64,000 bases of DNA from an uncultured Chthonomonadaceae bacterium (GCA_963817895.1 CAWFQB010000001.1:416001-480000), one strand, 5' to 3'; counted from the stretch's first letter, positions 1-10,768 are shown. Program-made: numbers and translations. Notes: a model not told the origin generated them from the sequence alone.

Positions 1-1218
1 TGGGCGGGGTCGGTATCCACGACACCCGTTTCCGAAGCGAGAACCACAATATCATCGTCCGTGACGCAGTAGCGGGCGGGACGCAGGCCGTTGCGGTCGA
101 GCAGCGCGCCGATCACGCGGCCATCCGTGAAGCACACGGCTGCCGGTCCGTCCCAGGGTTCCATCAGGCAGGCGTGGTACTCGTAGAAGGCGCGTCGCTC
201 CTCGTCCATCAGCGCGTCGCCGTTCCACGCTTCCGGCATGAGCATCATCATGACGTGGGGCAGGCTGCGCCCGCCGAGCGTAAGCAGTTCAACGGCGTTG
301 TCAAGAGCCGCGCTGTCGCTGCCGGACTTGTTGATGAGCGGAAGGAGTTTCTTGATGTCGTCGCCGAACAGGTCGGAGGAGAGCGATTGTTCCCGCGCGC
401 TCATCCAGTTGCGGTTGCCGCGCAGGGTGTTGATTTCGCCGTTGTGGGCGATGTAGCGGAAGGGGTGCGCCAAATCCCATGTCGGGAACGTGTTGGTGGA
501 AAACCGCTGATGCACAAGGGCGAGCGATGTGGTGGTGCGCAGGTCGCTCAGGTCGAGGAAATAGGCCGCGATCTGATGCGTCATCAGCAGGCCCTTGTAA
601 ACGATAGTGCGGCAGGACAGGCTGTTGACGTAAAAGTAGCCCTCCTGCTCCATGCACAAGTCTACAATGGCGTTTTGTACGCGGCGGCGAATGAGGTAGA
701 GTTTGCGCTCGAAAGCGTCCTCATCGGCGGCATTGGAACCCCTGCCGATGAAAATCTGCCGGATAACGGGTTCTACAGTTCGGGCGAGAGCGCCGATTTT
801 GGCATGGTTGATCGGCACATCGCGCCACGCCAGAACGGTTTGCCCCTCTTCCTGTTACGACCTGATTGAAAATAGCTTCGTAAGTGGCGCGTTCGTCGTC
901 ATTCGTGGGCAGAAACAACATGCCCACGCCGTACTCGCCGGGGGCGGGAAGCGTAACGCCCGCGCCCTGTAGCTCATCCGCGAAGAACTCGTGCGGGATT
1001 TGAAACAGGATACCCGCGCCGTCGCCCGTATCCGGGTCGCTGCCGGTCGCGCCCCGGTGTTCCAGTTTGCGCAGCACATCCAGTCCCTGCTTGATAATGG
1101 CATGGGATTTATGGCCTTTGGCGTGGGCGACAAAGCCGACGCCGCAAGCGTCATGTTCAAAAGAAGGGTCGTACAATCCATGCGCGGGGGGCAGTTGGCC
1201 GGGTTTCGCTTGTTCCAT
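1..1218 (-). CDS. gltB: Glutamate synthase large subunit, N-terminal amidotransferase region (runs off the left edge; apparent frameshifts near ~850 and ~660)
   Basis: GLYDPSFEHDACGVGFVAH...LEHRGATGSDPDTGDGAGIL in ORF 721..1458; downstream HQRFSTNTFPTW, HNGEIN and EPWDGPA motifs are read in other minus-strand frames. Confidence 0.95.
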
Positions 1219-1339
1219 TTCGCGTGAGTTTCCGTTCTCGTTCGGCAAGGCGTCAAGTGACCATACGGCTTGCCGGGAACCGGAACCAACGGGAACGCGC
1301 AGGGTGAAAAAGCAGGGTTGGCGCGGTCTGCAAGCCGTA

Positions 1340-1458
1340 TCAGGCGTGTGTGGCCGCGCATAAGAGAGGGATGAAAAGCGCGTCTGCCACAGATTGCTTC
1401 TCGTCACATCGTTGTGAAAAGGGAAGAGATTATAGCATGAATAGCGCGTCTTTGTCAA
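1340..1458. repeat. Imperfect ~115-bp direct repeat, copy 1 (copy 2 at 7884-7997)
   Basis: Shared tcaggcgtgtg...gaaaagcgcgtctgccacagattgcttc.cgtc.c.tc.ttgtgaaaaggga...attatagc. Confidence 0.85.
1429..1458 (-). promoter_or_regulatory. Sigma70-type promoter for gltB (TTGACA-N18-TATAAT)
   Basis: Plus-strand tgtcaa 1453-1458 and attata 1429-1434 are the reverse complements of consensus -35 and -10 boxes. Confidence 0.7.
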
Positions 1459-2155
1459 AGCAGTTTTTGCAAAACACAGGGTGAACGCATCTAAAATCGG
1501 AAGGAAATATGTAGAGGCAGCGTCGAAATCATGGCAATGCAGCGCTTCCAGCCCGATGTCTCATTGTGTCAGGTTGTAAGTAGAGGCGTCGTGACCTCCA
1601 AAGCGTCAGGGCGGACGAGTATATACAGGCATCATCTTGCGCCTCCCTTCCGGGTTAGATTGTTGAGAGTTGTGTTCTTCCCATGTCCTTCCCGCTCCGC
1701 GGGTAGACGCCCAGGTTGACGCCCGAGTTGTTAGGAACTCCGAACTCTCAGCGTCCCTCCACCTGACTGATTAGTAGACGCGCGTTGCGTAATTAGACGC
1801 GCTATGTACGGCAGGAGTTCGCTTCTTGCTGTTCTTTTTTCGGCTTTTTTCTGACTTTGGCAACCAGAAGTAAAGGGGGGGAGGCGTATGTCAGGGCAAA
1901 GTCACCAGAATTTGATAGTTGTTGATTAAGTTTTGATGCGTTCGCCGCGCAAATGAAGTTTAAGGCATTGGTTTGAAAGGTGTATACTTGTTTCGTGTAG
2001 TCCTATCAACAACCTATGGACAGAAACAAGGCGCGAGATGTGGCAAACAAATCATGCCGGATAGATTGAGGTGACGTATTAAACCTGAATTGTACGCAAA
2101 CTCATTATACCCGTCGGGTTTTCGCGCATAGAATTATGGACGGTTTTTCAGGCAC

Positions 2156-2190
2156 AAAAACGCCCCGGATCGTTGTTGATCCGGGGTTGC
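2156..2190 (-). terminator. Probable intrinsic terminator downstream of the PEP-CTERM gene
   Basis: ccccggatc/gatccgggg hairpin with an A-run on the plus strand (U-tract on the minus strand). Confidence 0.6.
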
Positions 2191-2250
2191 TGGTCGGTGT
2201 CCGTATTACCTTCGTTTTCTGGACATATGTAAGTAGGCGGCTATTCTAAA

Positions 2251-2865
2251 TCATACATCTGACATAGGCCGCTTCCAGCGTCGAAGACATATAACTCCGA
2301 TGCAAGTTGTACTTAAACTTAGTAAGAAGGCCATTGTTGATGGCTCAGGCGTAGTAGTTATGACACTTGCTGAATATATCAGACTTGATGTAGAAGATAG
2401 ATTAAGATCTCCTAAAGTAGTAGATAAGGGGGAACTATAAAGCAAGTCTAGGGAGATAGGCCCTTGCGTATCAGTTAGTGTAGGAGCAGTATTGAGAGTA
2501 GTTTGCCCGGCGAACCCTGAGATAAGTTGCTCATCTGATAATCCGAGCACAAAATTATTTGCCGCGAATTGATATATAAACAGCACATCATTTATATCAG
2601 AATGACCTGACCCCACACCTGTAATTGTGAAATCAACAATACTCGAAGAGCTAATGCTCACAGGCGGTGAGACTACAACACCCGTAGTATCGCCATTGAG
2701 TGTAAAAGTGAACTCAGTATTGGCAAAGGTGGTCATGCCAAGTGACCCTGATCCTGTCCCAGATATGGTATATGTGACTGCATCAGCCTTTGCCTGCCCA
2801 CTTACACAGGCAAAGGCTAAACTGACAAAAATCAGCGCACTAAAAAACCGTCCCCAATATTGCAT
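2251..2865 (-). CDS. PEP-CTERM sorting-domain protein
   Basis: Signal peptide, Ser/Thr/Gly-rich body, C-terminal TPEPSTMAFLL-hydrophobic helix-RRWKR. Confidence 0.85.
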   Translation of the reverse strand: MQYWGRFFSALIFVSLAFACVSGQAKADAVTYTISGTGSGSLGMTTFANTEFTFTLNGDTTGVVVSPPVSISSSSIVDFTITGVGSGHSDINDVLFIYQFAANNFVLGLSDEQLISGFAGQTTLNTAPTLTDTQGPISLDLLYSSPLSTTLGDLNLSSTSSLIYSASVITTTPEPSTMAFLLSLSTTCIGVICLRRWKRPMSDV

Positions 2866-3022
2866 TATACAATGCCTCCTTAGTCATACGAAACAGTTTC
2901 GCTGCTATTATAGCTTTGTACTAGTTAGGATCTGCTTCTGATTTTAGGCCGATTTCGCCAAATTTGGCGTTCCTGGCGCGAAAATTCTATCTCGAAGGCG
3001 TTGTAACTAGCACAAGGTCTGA

Positions 3023-4629
3023 CTAATGAATCAGACCGCTATCTATCTGAGATAGCCGGTAGTACTCATGAACTTCCGAATGACCAACAAGGAATGGTTG
3101 ACCATTGAAAAAATAACTTACAGAGGTAAGATCATGCCATAGTGGGGCTACACCGCTATTGTTCTTGATGTGGTTGTTCGTCGCATTCTCTCCCCACAGG
3201 TTCAGTATATTCTCACTGGATAATAAAGAGAAGCTCGAAGCGGGTGTGTGCTGCGACCAAATATCCACTGACATAATGCCTGCGTTTGCAGGCAGAGTGA
3301 CTTCAGGGTCTTGGGCATGATCCTGAAATGTTCGGGTAGCAGCAACAGCAACTGCCGATAGTATCCCGCCAGGCAGAAACCTCGACCGAAAATCCAGCAA
3401 GTTATCTGCTGCTGTATTGGCAGGATGAATGTCAAGAAATGTTGCCTCGACATAACTTCCTGACCAAACCGGATTTTTCTCAGCAGCAATATCTTGTAAA
3501 ACTTGAGATATTACTATTGTACCACGACTGTGACCAAATAAATGGAGATCAACGAACGTCGCCAGGATGCCCAACTACCTGCAACAGTTCTTCTGCCGTT
3601 CCGGTAAGCTGAAAGTTCATGTCATCACCAGCAGAAGTTGCCAGTCCTGGAAATGGAGTTACACTATCCAACAACCATTGGTGAGTGATAACTTGATCGA
3701 AATGAGATATGTTCAGCAGATCCTTCTGCATTGCCGCCATCCAAGCTAATGTATCTGCATCCGAGAACGAGAAGCCATGCACCACACCGCCAAGTAAATA
3801 CTTGCGAAAGTATGTTGTATTGCCCGAAGTAGGATCTTCGGGAACTGTACCATCTCCGTTGGCAACAACAACTATAAATGGCTTCGCGGGATTTGGCGGT
3901 AACGGAGTTCCAGAGATGAGCTGCTCGGAATGTGTACCTTGCTTTAAGGCATCCGATGGTGGATAGATGATCTCTGTGTTAATGAGTTCAGAGTTAGATC
4001 CCTTGATGGGCATATCTGAACGATAAATGTCAAATTTCAGAGGCTGGCTAATATCCGCCCCTGAAACAGTGTAATTGACGGTCACACTCTGAGCATCTAC
4101 CGTAGTTGCTTTAGTCAAGGAGATTTTGGAGTTAGTTTTCGCATCACTGGCTACTGTTATCGAGCCAGTGAGTTTAATGTTGGAGACCTGAGTCTGATTA
4201 AATGCATCGTAGTAGAACGTAAGCCCATTATCTAAGGGCCATGTTCCTGCTACAATCAAACCATCAAATACCCCAGTTCCCTTTACTCCGAAGCCAAAAT
4301 CGCCGAACTTTCCATCAAATGTGGCACTACCCGGAGTCAATTTTTGGGTGAGACCAGGCGTAATTACATACTTGAAAGAGAAGCCAGTAGGTGCGGTAAA
4401 TGTAATTTCCAGATTCTGTCAGTGTAAGCTCTTGTCCCGCAACTGTGTCATAAGTGTAGGTGAAAAACCCTGTGAAGGTTGCACCATTTGTACCAACAAC
4501 ATTATTAAGGGTGGCTTTATACGAGACAGGCGTGGCATAGGAGGGAATTATTGCTAAAACAAACAAGGTCAAAGCAACAATAGTCCGACAATAGCCGAAC
4601 AATCTGGATAGGCTGAACATAAACAACAC
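3023..4629 (-). CDS. Secreted protein with C-terminal lipase-like alpha/beta hydrolase domain; split into three ORFs by two frameshifts; paralog of 4800..6692
   Basis: ORFs 4327..4629, 3549..4340 and 3023..3574 join up colinearly with the neighbour (LTKATTxDA...YFRKYLLGGVVHGFSFSD...HLFGHSRGT...GHSEVHEYY). Confidence 0.8.
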
Positions 4630-4799
4630 CTCTGGCAGTATAGAACACCACCAATCATGGCAGGTATCTAATGCACTTAGAAATTCAGAAAGGGATAGGA
4701 ATTAAAACAAGGATATATATGCTAATGAATGACAAAATAGAAAGCGGCTACTAGCCATATCGTGTTATTTAACATTACACCCTAATTTGTGCCTCTACA

Positions 4800-6692
4800 C
4801 TAATGCACCAGACCATTATCTACCTCAAAGAGTCGGTAATACTCGTGAACTTCCGTATGACCGATGAGGAAGAATTGGCCGTCTGCGAAGTAGGTTTTTG
4901 ATGTGAGATCATGCCATTGAACGGTTATGCCGGAACTGTTAGCAATGTGATTTGCGCTCTCACTCTCTCCCCATAGGTCAAGTATATTCTCACTCGAAAA
5001 TAGAGGGAATTGTGACGCTGGTGTGTGTTGATACCAGATGTCCACCGACATGATGCCAGCACCTGCGGGCAAAATGATCTCGTGATCCTGAGCCAAATCC
5101 TGAAATTGTTGGGTGAGCCTAACTGCAATCGCCGATACTATCCCGCCAGGCAGGAATCTCGACCGAAAATCGAGCAGGTTATCTGCTGCTGTATTGGCAG
5201 GATGAATGTCAAGTAAAGTCACTTCGACATAACTGCCTTGCCATGTCTTACTTTGCCCAGTTGCTATGTCCCTGAGAACCTGAGAAGCGACTATAGTACC
5301 TCGGCTATGTCCAAATAGATGAAGGTCAACCACATCGCCAGGATGTCTGACTATTTGTAGCAATTGTTGTGCTGCCAGTAGAAGCTGTGAGTACATATCA
5401 TCACCAGCAGCAACCGTTAGGCCAGGCAAAGGGGTAACGCTCTCACCAAGCCATTCATGCGTAATGACTTGATCGAAGCTAGATATATTCAGTAAGTCGT
5501 TCTTCATCGCAGCCATCCAGGTTAGCGTATCTGTGTCAGAGAATGAGAAGCCATGCACTACTCCCCCAAGCAGGTACTTGCGAAAATATGCTGTGTTGAC
5601 CGATGTGGCATCCTCACTAACCACGCCATTGCTGTTTGCGACAACTACAACGAAAGGCATAGCCTGATTTGGAGGTAACAGAGTTCCGGCAATCAATGTG
5701 ATGGTATGACTGCCCTGCTGCAAGTCCGCAGAATCCATTGATGGGTCAACAGTCTGCGTACCGATATGTTGCGAATAAAAACTCAATTCAGGAATGTCCG
5801 AGCGGTAAACATCAAATGTAAGAGGCTGAACGATCTGCGCTGTCGAAATCGTATAGCTAATGTTGACGCTTTTAGCATCGAGGGTAGTAGCTTTAGTTAG
5901 AAGTAGTTTAGGCAGTGGCTTAGTAACAGTTAAACTAAACTGCTTCTGAACGGACGTGCCTGCTTGATCCATCGCCGCAACCGTGAACTGGTAGGTTCCG
6001 GGGGTCACTGTCGGGCTTCCCGTACTGCTCAATGTGCCGCCGCTACTCAGATTGAATCCAGCCGGTAGGTTGCTCCCCACTTCCGCCCATACGATTGCCC
6101 CTTGCCCTCCCGTTGCCGTGAACGTAAAGGTATAAGCCTGGCCGCTAACTGCATTCGGTACACTGGTGGTACTGATCGTAAGGTTATTTGTTCCCGATGG
6201 GGAAAACGTGAGGGAACCGCCCGTTAGTTTGCTTCCATGAATGGAATTGTTCCCATTAGAAAAATCAGTCCCATAAGGTACTTGAACCGTATTTGCAGTG
6301 AGGAAAGCGGTCTGAGGAAATTCTACATTTAGGTATTCAGGGCTGCTTGCAGGAACCGATATGTCCTGCGCGTATGTCTTCGTCAAGTCAAAACCGCCTA
6401 CGTAGATATAGGGAGAATTGGCGTCGAATGTATGTGTGACTCCACCCACTACAACCGTCACGCTGGCGACGGAACAGGTATAATTGGTTACTCCGTTGTT
6501 GGTGGAAAATTTTGTAAAGGTCATTGTGCCATTGGCGGTCGAGCCGTCTGCGGCAGTCACATTGTTGACTGTCACCGTGACAAAATCAGGCAATGCTTGG
6601 CCTTGTGAAGCGGAAATGCCGCCGCATAAGAACAGCAACAACATGCCTAAGAAGAAAAGGACTGAGCCAAATGGAAAGAGACGACGGCACAT
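4800..6692 (-). CDS. Secreted protein: signal peptide, variable beta-rich domain, putative Ig-like domain, C-terminal alpha/beta hydrolase
   Basis: GxSxG nucleophile elbow (GHSRG), downstream LDIHP and GHTEVH as candidate Asp/His; TISTTSVPNAVSGQAYTFTFTATGG resembles putative Ig repeats. Confidence 0.8.
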   Translation of the reverse strand: MCRRLFPFGSVLFFLGMLLLFLCGGISASQGQALPDFVTVTVNNVTAADGSTANGTMTFTKFSTNNGVTNYTCSVASVTVVVGGVTHTFDANSPYIYVGGFDLTKTYAQDISVPASSPEYLNVEFPQTAFLTANTVQVPYGTDFSNGNNSIHGSKLTGGSLTFSPSGTNNLTISTTSVPNAVSGQAYTFTFTATGGQGAIVWAEVGSNLPAGFNLSSGGTLSSTGSPTVTPGTYQFTVAAMDQAGTSVQKQFSLTVTKPLPKLLLTKATTLDAKSVNISYTISTAQIVQPLTFDVYRSDIPELSFYSQHIGTQTVDPSMDSADLQQGSHTITLIAGTLLPPNQAMPFVVVVANSNGVVSEDATSVNTAYFRKYLLGGVVHGFSFSDTDTLTWMAAMKNDLLNISSFDQVITHEWLGESVTPLPGLTVAAGDDMYSQLLLAAQQLLQIVRHPGDVVDLHLFGHSRGTIVASQVLRDIATGQSKTWQGSYVEVTLLDIHPANTAADNLLDFRSRFLPGGIVSAIAVRLTQQFQDLAQDHEIILPAGAGIMSVDIWYQHTPASQFPLFSSENILDLWGESESANHIANSSGITVQWHDLTSKTYFADGQFFLIGHTEVHEYYRLFEVDNGLVH

Positions 6693-6933
6693 AGTGGCAG
6701 TTTCCTCTCCGAACCCGAAGGAACAGGAAAAGGCGATCTATGACACGCAAGGGAAGCGGCTTGCGATCCGCATGGAAAGAGGGCAAACAAACAGTAAATC
6801 TACCATTGAATCATATCATACCCGGTATATGGTGCTATTAGTTGTCTGAATTACCAGTTTTTTGGAAATACTAATTTTTTTCAAGTGTATCGTTTCCTGC
6901 TGCCGCACGTCTCGTGCGGTGGATGGTGGCGTA

Positions 6934-7240
6934 CTACTCGCACTTGGCGAAGTGCGACATACAGGCCCATACCTCGGCTTCGCTGCTCGGCTGGCCGTCA
7001 TGCGCCCAAGCCATCACGCCTTCAATGCCCAGTACTGCGTGGCGCGTGGCCGGAACCTTGCTGTGTGGAAAGAAACTGCTGCCGATATCAGTTTCGAGCG
7101 CGGCTATTTCGCTGATTCGCGCCGGGAAGTGTTCGGCAAGGGCGCGTAGTCCGGGCCTGTTTTCTATGATGCAGGGGAAACAGCCGACGCGCTTAAAGCC
7201 CAAGGCATAGAGCGGGTTTAAGGCGTTATGCTGCTGGCAG
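6934..7240 (-). pseudogene. C-terminal fragment of a PAPS-reductase-family protein
   Basis: NPLYALGFKRVGCFPCI motif with no upstream N-terminal portion. Confidence 0.65.
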
Positions 7241-7241
7241 G

Positions 7242-7484
7242 TTGTTTGAGAGTTCACAGGGCGGAGATATTTTGAAACTCAGCGAACGCATCGGTAGGTA
7301 TACCTACCGATGCGTTTGTGCCGCAAAATTTGAACAAGCCGTCTACGTGCTGCATGTGTTCCAGAAGAAATCAAAATCAGGGATTGCCACTCCACAGGAG
7401 GAAATCGAACTGGTACATAGCAGGTATCAACGCGCAAAGGAACACTACGCAGCCACCTATGAGGATAAGGATACGCGCAAATGA
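7242..7484 (+). pseudogene. N-terminally truncated RelE/HigB (Gp49-like) toxin
   Basis: YRCV...AVYVLHVFQKKSKSGIATPQEEIELV motif; overlaps the antitoxin start (ATGA); no convincing start codon or N-terminal half. Confidence 0.75.
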
Positions 7485-7846
7485 CAGCCATTGTGGAGAA
7501 AGCAAGCGCACAGACAAACAAGAAAGAGGAAGAGGAAGAAGTTACGACTTCCTGCGGTAACATCTACGAGGATTTAGGACTACCGTATCCAGACGAGCGT
7601 ATGGCAAAGTCTGTGTTGACACTGGCGATTACGGATGCTATCGAAGCGCGTAAACTCACGCAGGCCGTAGCCGCGGAACTGCTTCACACGGACTGCGCTA
7701 AAATCACGGATTTACAGCGTGGACGCCTGACCCATATAACTTTCGACTGCCTGATCCGGTTCGCCAATGCGCTTGGTCTCAATGTGCAAATTACTGTTCA
7801 AGCCGCCAATGAGGAACGAGGCAAAACATCCGGCTACGCAACCTGA
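7481..7846 (+). CDS. HigA-like XRE helix-turn-helix antitoxin
   Basis: SCGNIYEDLGLP...K..L...I...LTQAVAAELL...LIRFANALG pattern; directly follows the toxin. Confidence 0.85.
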   Translation: MTAIVEKASAQTNKKEEEEEVTTSCGNIYEDLGLPYPDERMAKSVLTLAITDAIEARKLTQAVAAELLHTDCAKITDLQRGRLTHITFDCLIRFANALGLNVQITVQAANEERGKTSGYAT

Positions 7847-7883
7847 AGAAAAGCGAGAAAGTCTACGCGATGCGCAAACCGCA

Positions 7884-7997
7884 TCAGGCGTGTGGGACCG
7901 CGCGAGACAGGGAAAAGCGCGTCTGCCACAGATTGCTTCCCGTCGCGTCATTGTGAAAAGGGAGAGAATTATAGCGCAAAATGCGCTCACTTGTTAA
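7884..7997. repeat. Imperfect direct repeat, copy 2 (second copy of the gltB promoter/leader)
   Basis: Matches 1340-1458 and retains a minus-strand TTAACA-N18-TATAAT. Confidence 0.85.
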
Positions 7998-8154
7998 AAA
8001 CTAAATCCGAACTCTACAAAATATAAAATAACAAGGCTTCCTGATTAATAGGCAAGAGGCCTTGTTATTGCATACATGCCCGTCACAATGCTGGTTAAAT
8101 GAGTTCCTGAATGAAGGAACATTTGCGTCAAAGAACGTCCCAGGTAAAGGCTAA

Positions 8155-8922
8155 CTACTTGATTTTAGAAGCCAAAGGGGCAAGTATATAGCGCCGTATA
8201 GCGTTTGCTAAACGCGGGATTTTTGCAATCCGGGCAGCTACAGGAGGTGAAAACCTGTAGTAGAAAAGCACAACTGCGCGACCGAAACATGACGGTAAAA
8301 GAGTATCATCCCGCCAGCGTCGAAATACCAAAACATCAGGGTGATCGAAATCACCGTAACAGGCTGTTGCTACAAAGCAGGGACCTTTCTTCTCGTTCAT
8401 TCGCGCAATGGCTTTGGCCGCCTCCATACTAACCTCTTGGTCGTCACCTTGTTGAGCAACGGTAAATGCTTGAGTAGCAGCGGGCTTGTTTTCTAGAAGA
8501 AGATAAGCGCGTCCCATGTTGTAGTGAGTAGCTTGAAAGGTGGGGAGGAGTTGTGCCGATTTTTCAAATGCAACAATGGATGGTTCAGCCCATTTCCTAA
8601 GAAACTTCTTAAGGTAGGCGTTTCGCATCTGCTTGTTCACAATGACTGCTGTGAATGTAGACTCGATCTCTGGCGACTCGGCAACAGCGAGATTAATCAG
8701 TCCTTCGCAGAAGAACGCGCGAGAACGTTCATACGTCACATCTTCGCCGCGCGCCATAGCTTCATCTATCTTCGTTTGGGCGCGAGATAGATCGCCAGTC
8801 AAGAGTTGTTTCGCGAACTTTTCGCGTTCATGCTGTTTGTCCATCCGGTCAAAAACATCAATTTGTTGTTGGACATCATCTAAAAACGAGTTGGCGACTT
8901 GCAATGCTTGTGACTCAGCCAC
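8155..8922 (-). CDS. TPR-like protein with C-terminal CFI-box-CTERM domain
   Basis: GPCFVATACYG...V..FRRWRDDTL...GR..V.FYYRFSPPVA; TPR-like helix pair (HYNMGRAYLLL). Confidence 0.8.
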   Translation of the reverse strand: MAESQALQVANSFLDDVQQQIDVFDRMDKQHEREKFAKQLLTGDLSRAQTKIDEAMARGEDVTYERSRAFFCEGLINLAVAESPEIESTFTAVIVNKQMRNAYLKKFLRKWAEPSIVAFEKSAQLLPTFQATHYNMGRAYLLLENKPAATQAFTVAQQGDDQEVSMEAAKAIARMNEKKGPCFVATACYGDFDHPDVLVFRRWRDDTLLPSCFGRAVVLFYYRFSPPVAARIAKIPRLANAIRRYILAPLASKIK

Positions 8923-8987
8923 GCTGACCTCCTACTGTGATTATGTTCGGTATTGGTTGAGGTATGAGATACCATATTGGAACATAG

Positions 8988-9161
8988 TTATTCTTTCATC
9001 CAAGGATTTTTACCCGCTTTGATGAGACGCGCGGCTTCGTCAACATCTGTGTTGCCTGATTTGCCGCCAACATTTTGAACGGGCCACAACGTACCGCCGC
9101 ATGAGCATGTAGTCTTGTCCATGCGGTACTCCTGTCGAGCGCACTTCAAACAGATTTGCAT
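8988..9161 (-). CDS. Small zinc-ribbon protein (57 aa)
   Basis: MQICLKC...TCSCGG; purine-rich RBS upstream; same strand as and immediately upstream of the CFI-box gene. Confidence 0.6.
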   Translation of the reverse strand: MQICLKCARQEYRMDKTTCSCGGTLWPVQNVGGKSGNTDVDEAARLIKAGKNPWMKE

Positions 9162-9412
9162 TTTCTTTCCTTTCCTGTTGTTGACATGGTAGAGGGCATT
9201 GGCTGCCTGCGGGCATGAGCAAAATTGTGAAGTTACGGCAAGCAGGCAGTCTGCTGAAGAAAACAATGATGAGCCAATCATAGCAGAGCGGACAAACAAT
9301 CGCAATACCCTAAAAGGGTAAATATTCTGTTTGAACGCTTTATTTTCACGAGGAGTTCAGGGCTACGGCGGCGAATTGACCGGTATCGTCTGGAGGAGAG
9401 GAGAACCGGCGG

Positions 9413-10363
9413 ATGAACCTGGCGTATCGAAAGGCGGAAAAGTGGGATTTTAACGGCATGTACCGCGCCCTGTTTCCCGCGTTTGAGCAGGACGCGGGGA
9501 TGCGCGGCATCATCGAAACGGAATGGAATGTCGTATTCGCCAATCCGGCCATGCTGTGCATGATCGTGGAGGATATTGAAAAGCCTGTTGAAACCCGCAT
9601 TGTCGGCTGCGCCCAGACTGTATTCGTCAGCGATGGGTTTATGCGGCTGGCAAAGTCGGGAATCTCCCCGTATGCCATTCAGCGTTTGGATGACCCGCTG
9701 CCGGATGGTTCCCGGCCCATGCTCACGCTGGAACAGGTGAGGATCGCTAACAGCGGCGAGGGACTGAACGCCTTCACGACCCGTTGGGGATGGGCAGACG
9801 CGCTGCCCGACGCGGGGAACAGGCGGCGTGTTCGGGATTACCTGGATCAGAAGTACCCCCTGTTTTACCGGGGCTACAACTTCAAGGAAGTCATCATCGA
9901 GGCGACTGGCGACTGGCCCTGTAAAGCGCTGGAGATGGCCGGCTACAAAATACGGACGGATTACGCGGCTTACTACAAGGCGCAGGGGGAACCGCCTGCG
10001 ACGGACAAGCATGCCTACCTGATGGGGCTTACGCGACAGGAAGCGCACCGGGACGAAGGCTCCTACGCCAGCCGCGTTTTTGTCTGCACGCCGCCTGTAT
10101 TCCACTTCAAGCCCAATGAACAGGAGTTGCTCGAAGTGGCCTTGCAGAGTCTCTCCGATGACGAAATCGCGCTGCGTTTGAACCTTTCCAAAGACGCCGT
10201 AAAAAAACGTTGGGCGGTCCTTTACGAATGGGTGAGCGCTAAAATGCCTGCCCTGCTGCCAGTCAACGACGGCGAGGGACGCGGCCCGGAAAAGCGCCGC
10301 CTGCTGCTGAACTACCTGCGCGAACATTCCGAAGAACTGCGCCCCATCACGCCGCGCAAATAA
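9413..10363 (+). CDS. Putative transcriptional regulator with C-terminal LuxR-like HTH
   Basis: EQELLEVALQSLSDDEIALRLNLSKDAVKKRW; GGAGGAG RBS. Confidence 0.75.
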   Translation: MNLAYRKAEKWDFNGMYRALFPAFEQDAGMRGIIETEWNVVFANPAMLCMIVEDIEKPVETRIVGCAQTVFVSDGFMRLAKSGISPYAIQRLDDPLPDGSRPMLTLEQVRIANSGEGLNAFTTRWGWADALPDAGNRRRVRDYLDQKYPLFYRGYNFKEVIIEATGDWPCKALEMAGYKIRTDYAAYYKAQGEPPATDKHAYLMGLTRQEAHRDEGSYASRVFVCTPPVFHFKPNEQELLEVALQSLSDDEIALRLNLSKDAVKKRWAVLYEWVSAKMPALLPVNDGEGRGPEKRRLLLNYLREHSEELRPITPRK

Positions 10364-10371
10364 GCTGCTAA

Positions 10372-10617
10372 TTAGCCTTCCTTATATTCGTGGAGTATCT
10401 GTTCCGGCGTTTTGGTTTCCCACTCTTTGTAAACGTCTTTAATGGAACGGCCACTCCCCACAAGACGCTCCTCAATGATTGCAACGCGCTTTGATTGCTC
10501 TACTTCCACGGTGGACATGCCTGATTCGCGGCAAGCCTCGTCGAGAATGGCTTCCAGCAGAATTGTCGCGTTTTGATCGCTTGTCAGATTTTTGTCGTCG
10601 CTTTCAGGAATGTCCAC
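10372..10617 (-). CDS. Small acidic hypothetical protein
   Basis: 81-aa ORF, GAAGG upstream of GTG, plausible composition. Confidence 0.5.
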   Translation of the reverse strand: MDIPESDDKNLTSDQNATILLEAILDEACRESGMSTVEVEQSKRVAIIEERLVGSGRSIKDVYKEWETKTPEQILHEYKEG

Positions 10618-10768
10618 GAAATAACCTTCTTCGCCTTGATTCCGCGCAGGCAGACTTCATTATCACAGGTGAGCAATTCATTGCGCGGGCTGATAAAACA
10701 CATGCAGGCTGCCCCTCATTATACAAAGACGAGCTTGCGCCGTCAAGGTCTGCAAGAATTTTGTCTTA

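Noticed and set aside
1531..2250. Coding or tRNA gene in the gltB upstream spacer
   Set aside because: Only a short unconvincing ORF; no cloverleaf or recognisable RNA family seen.
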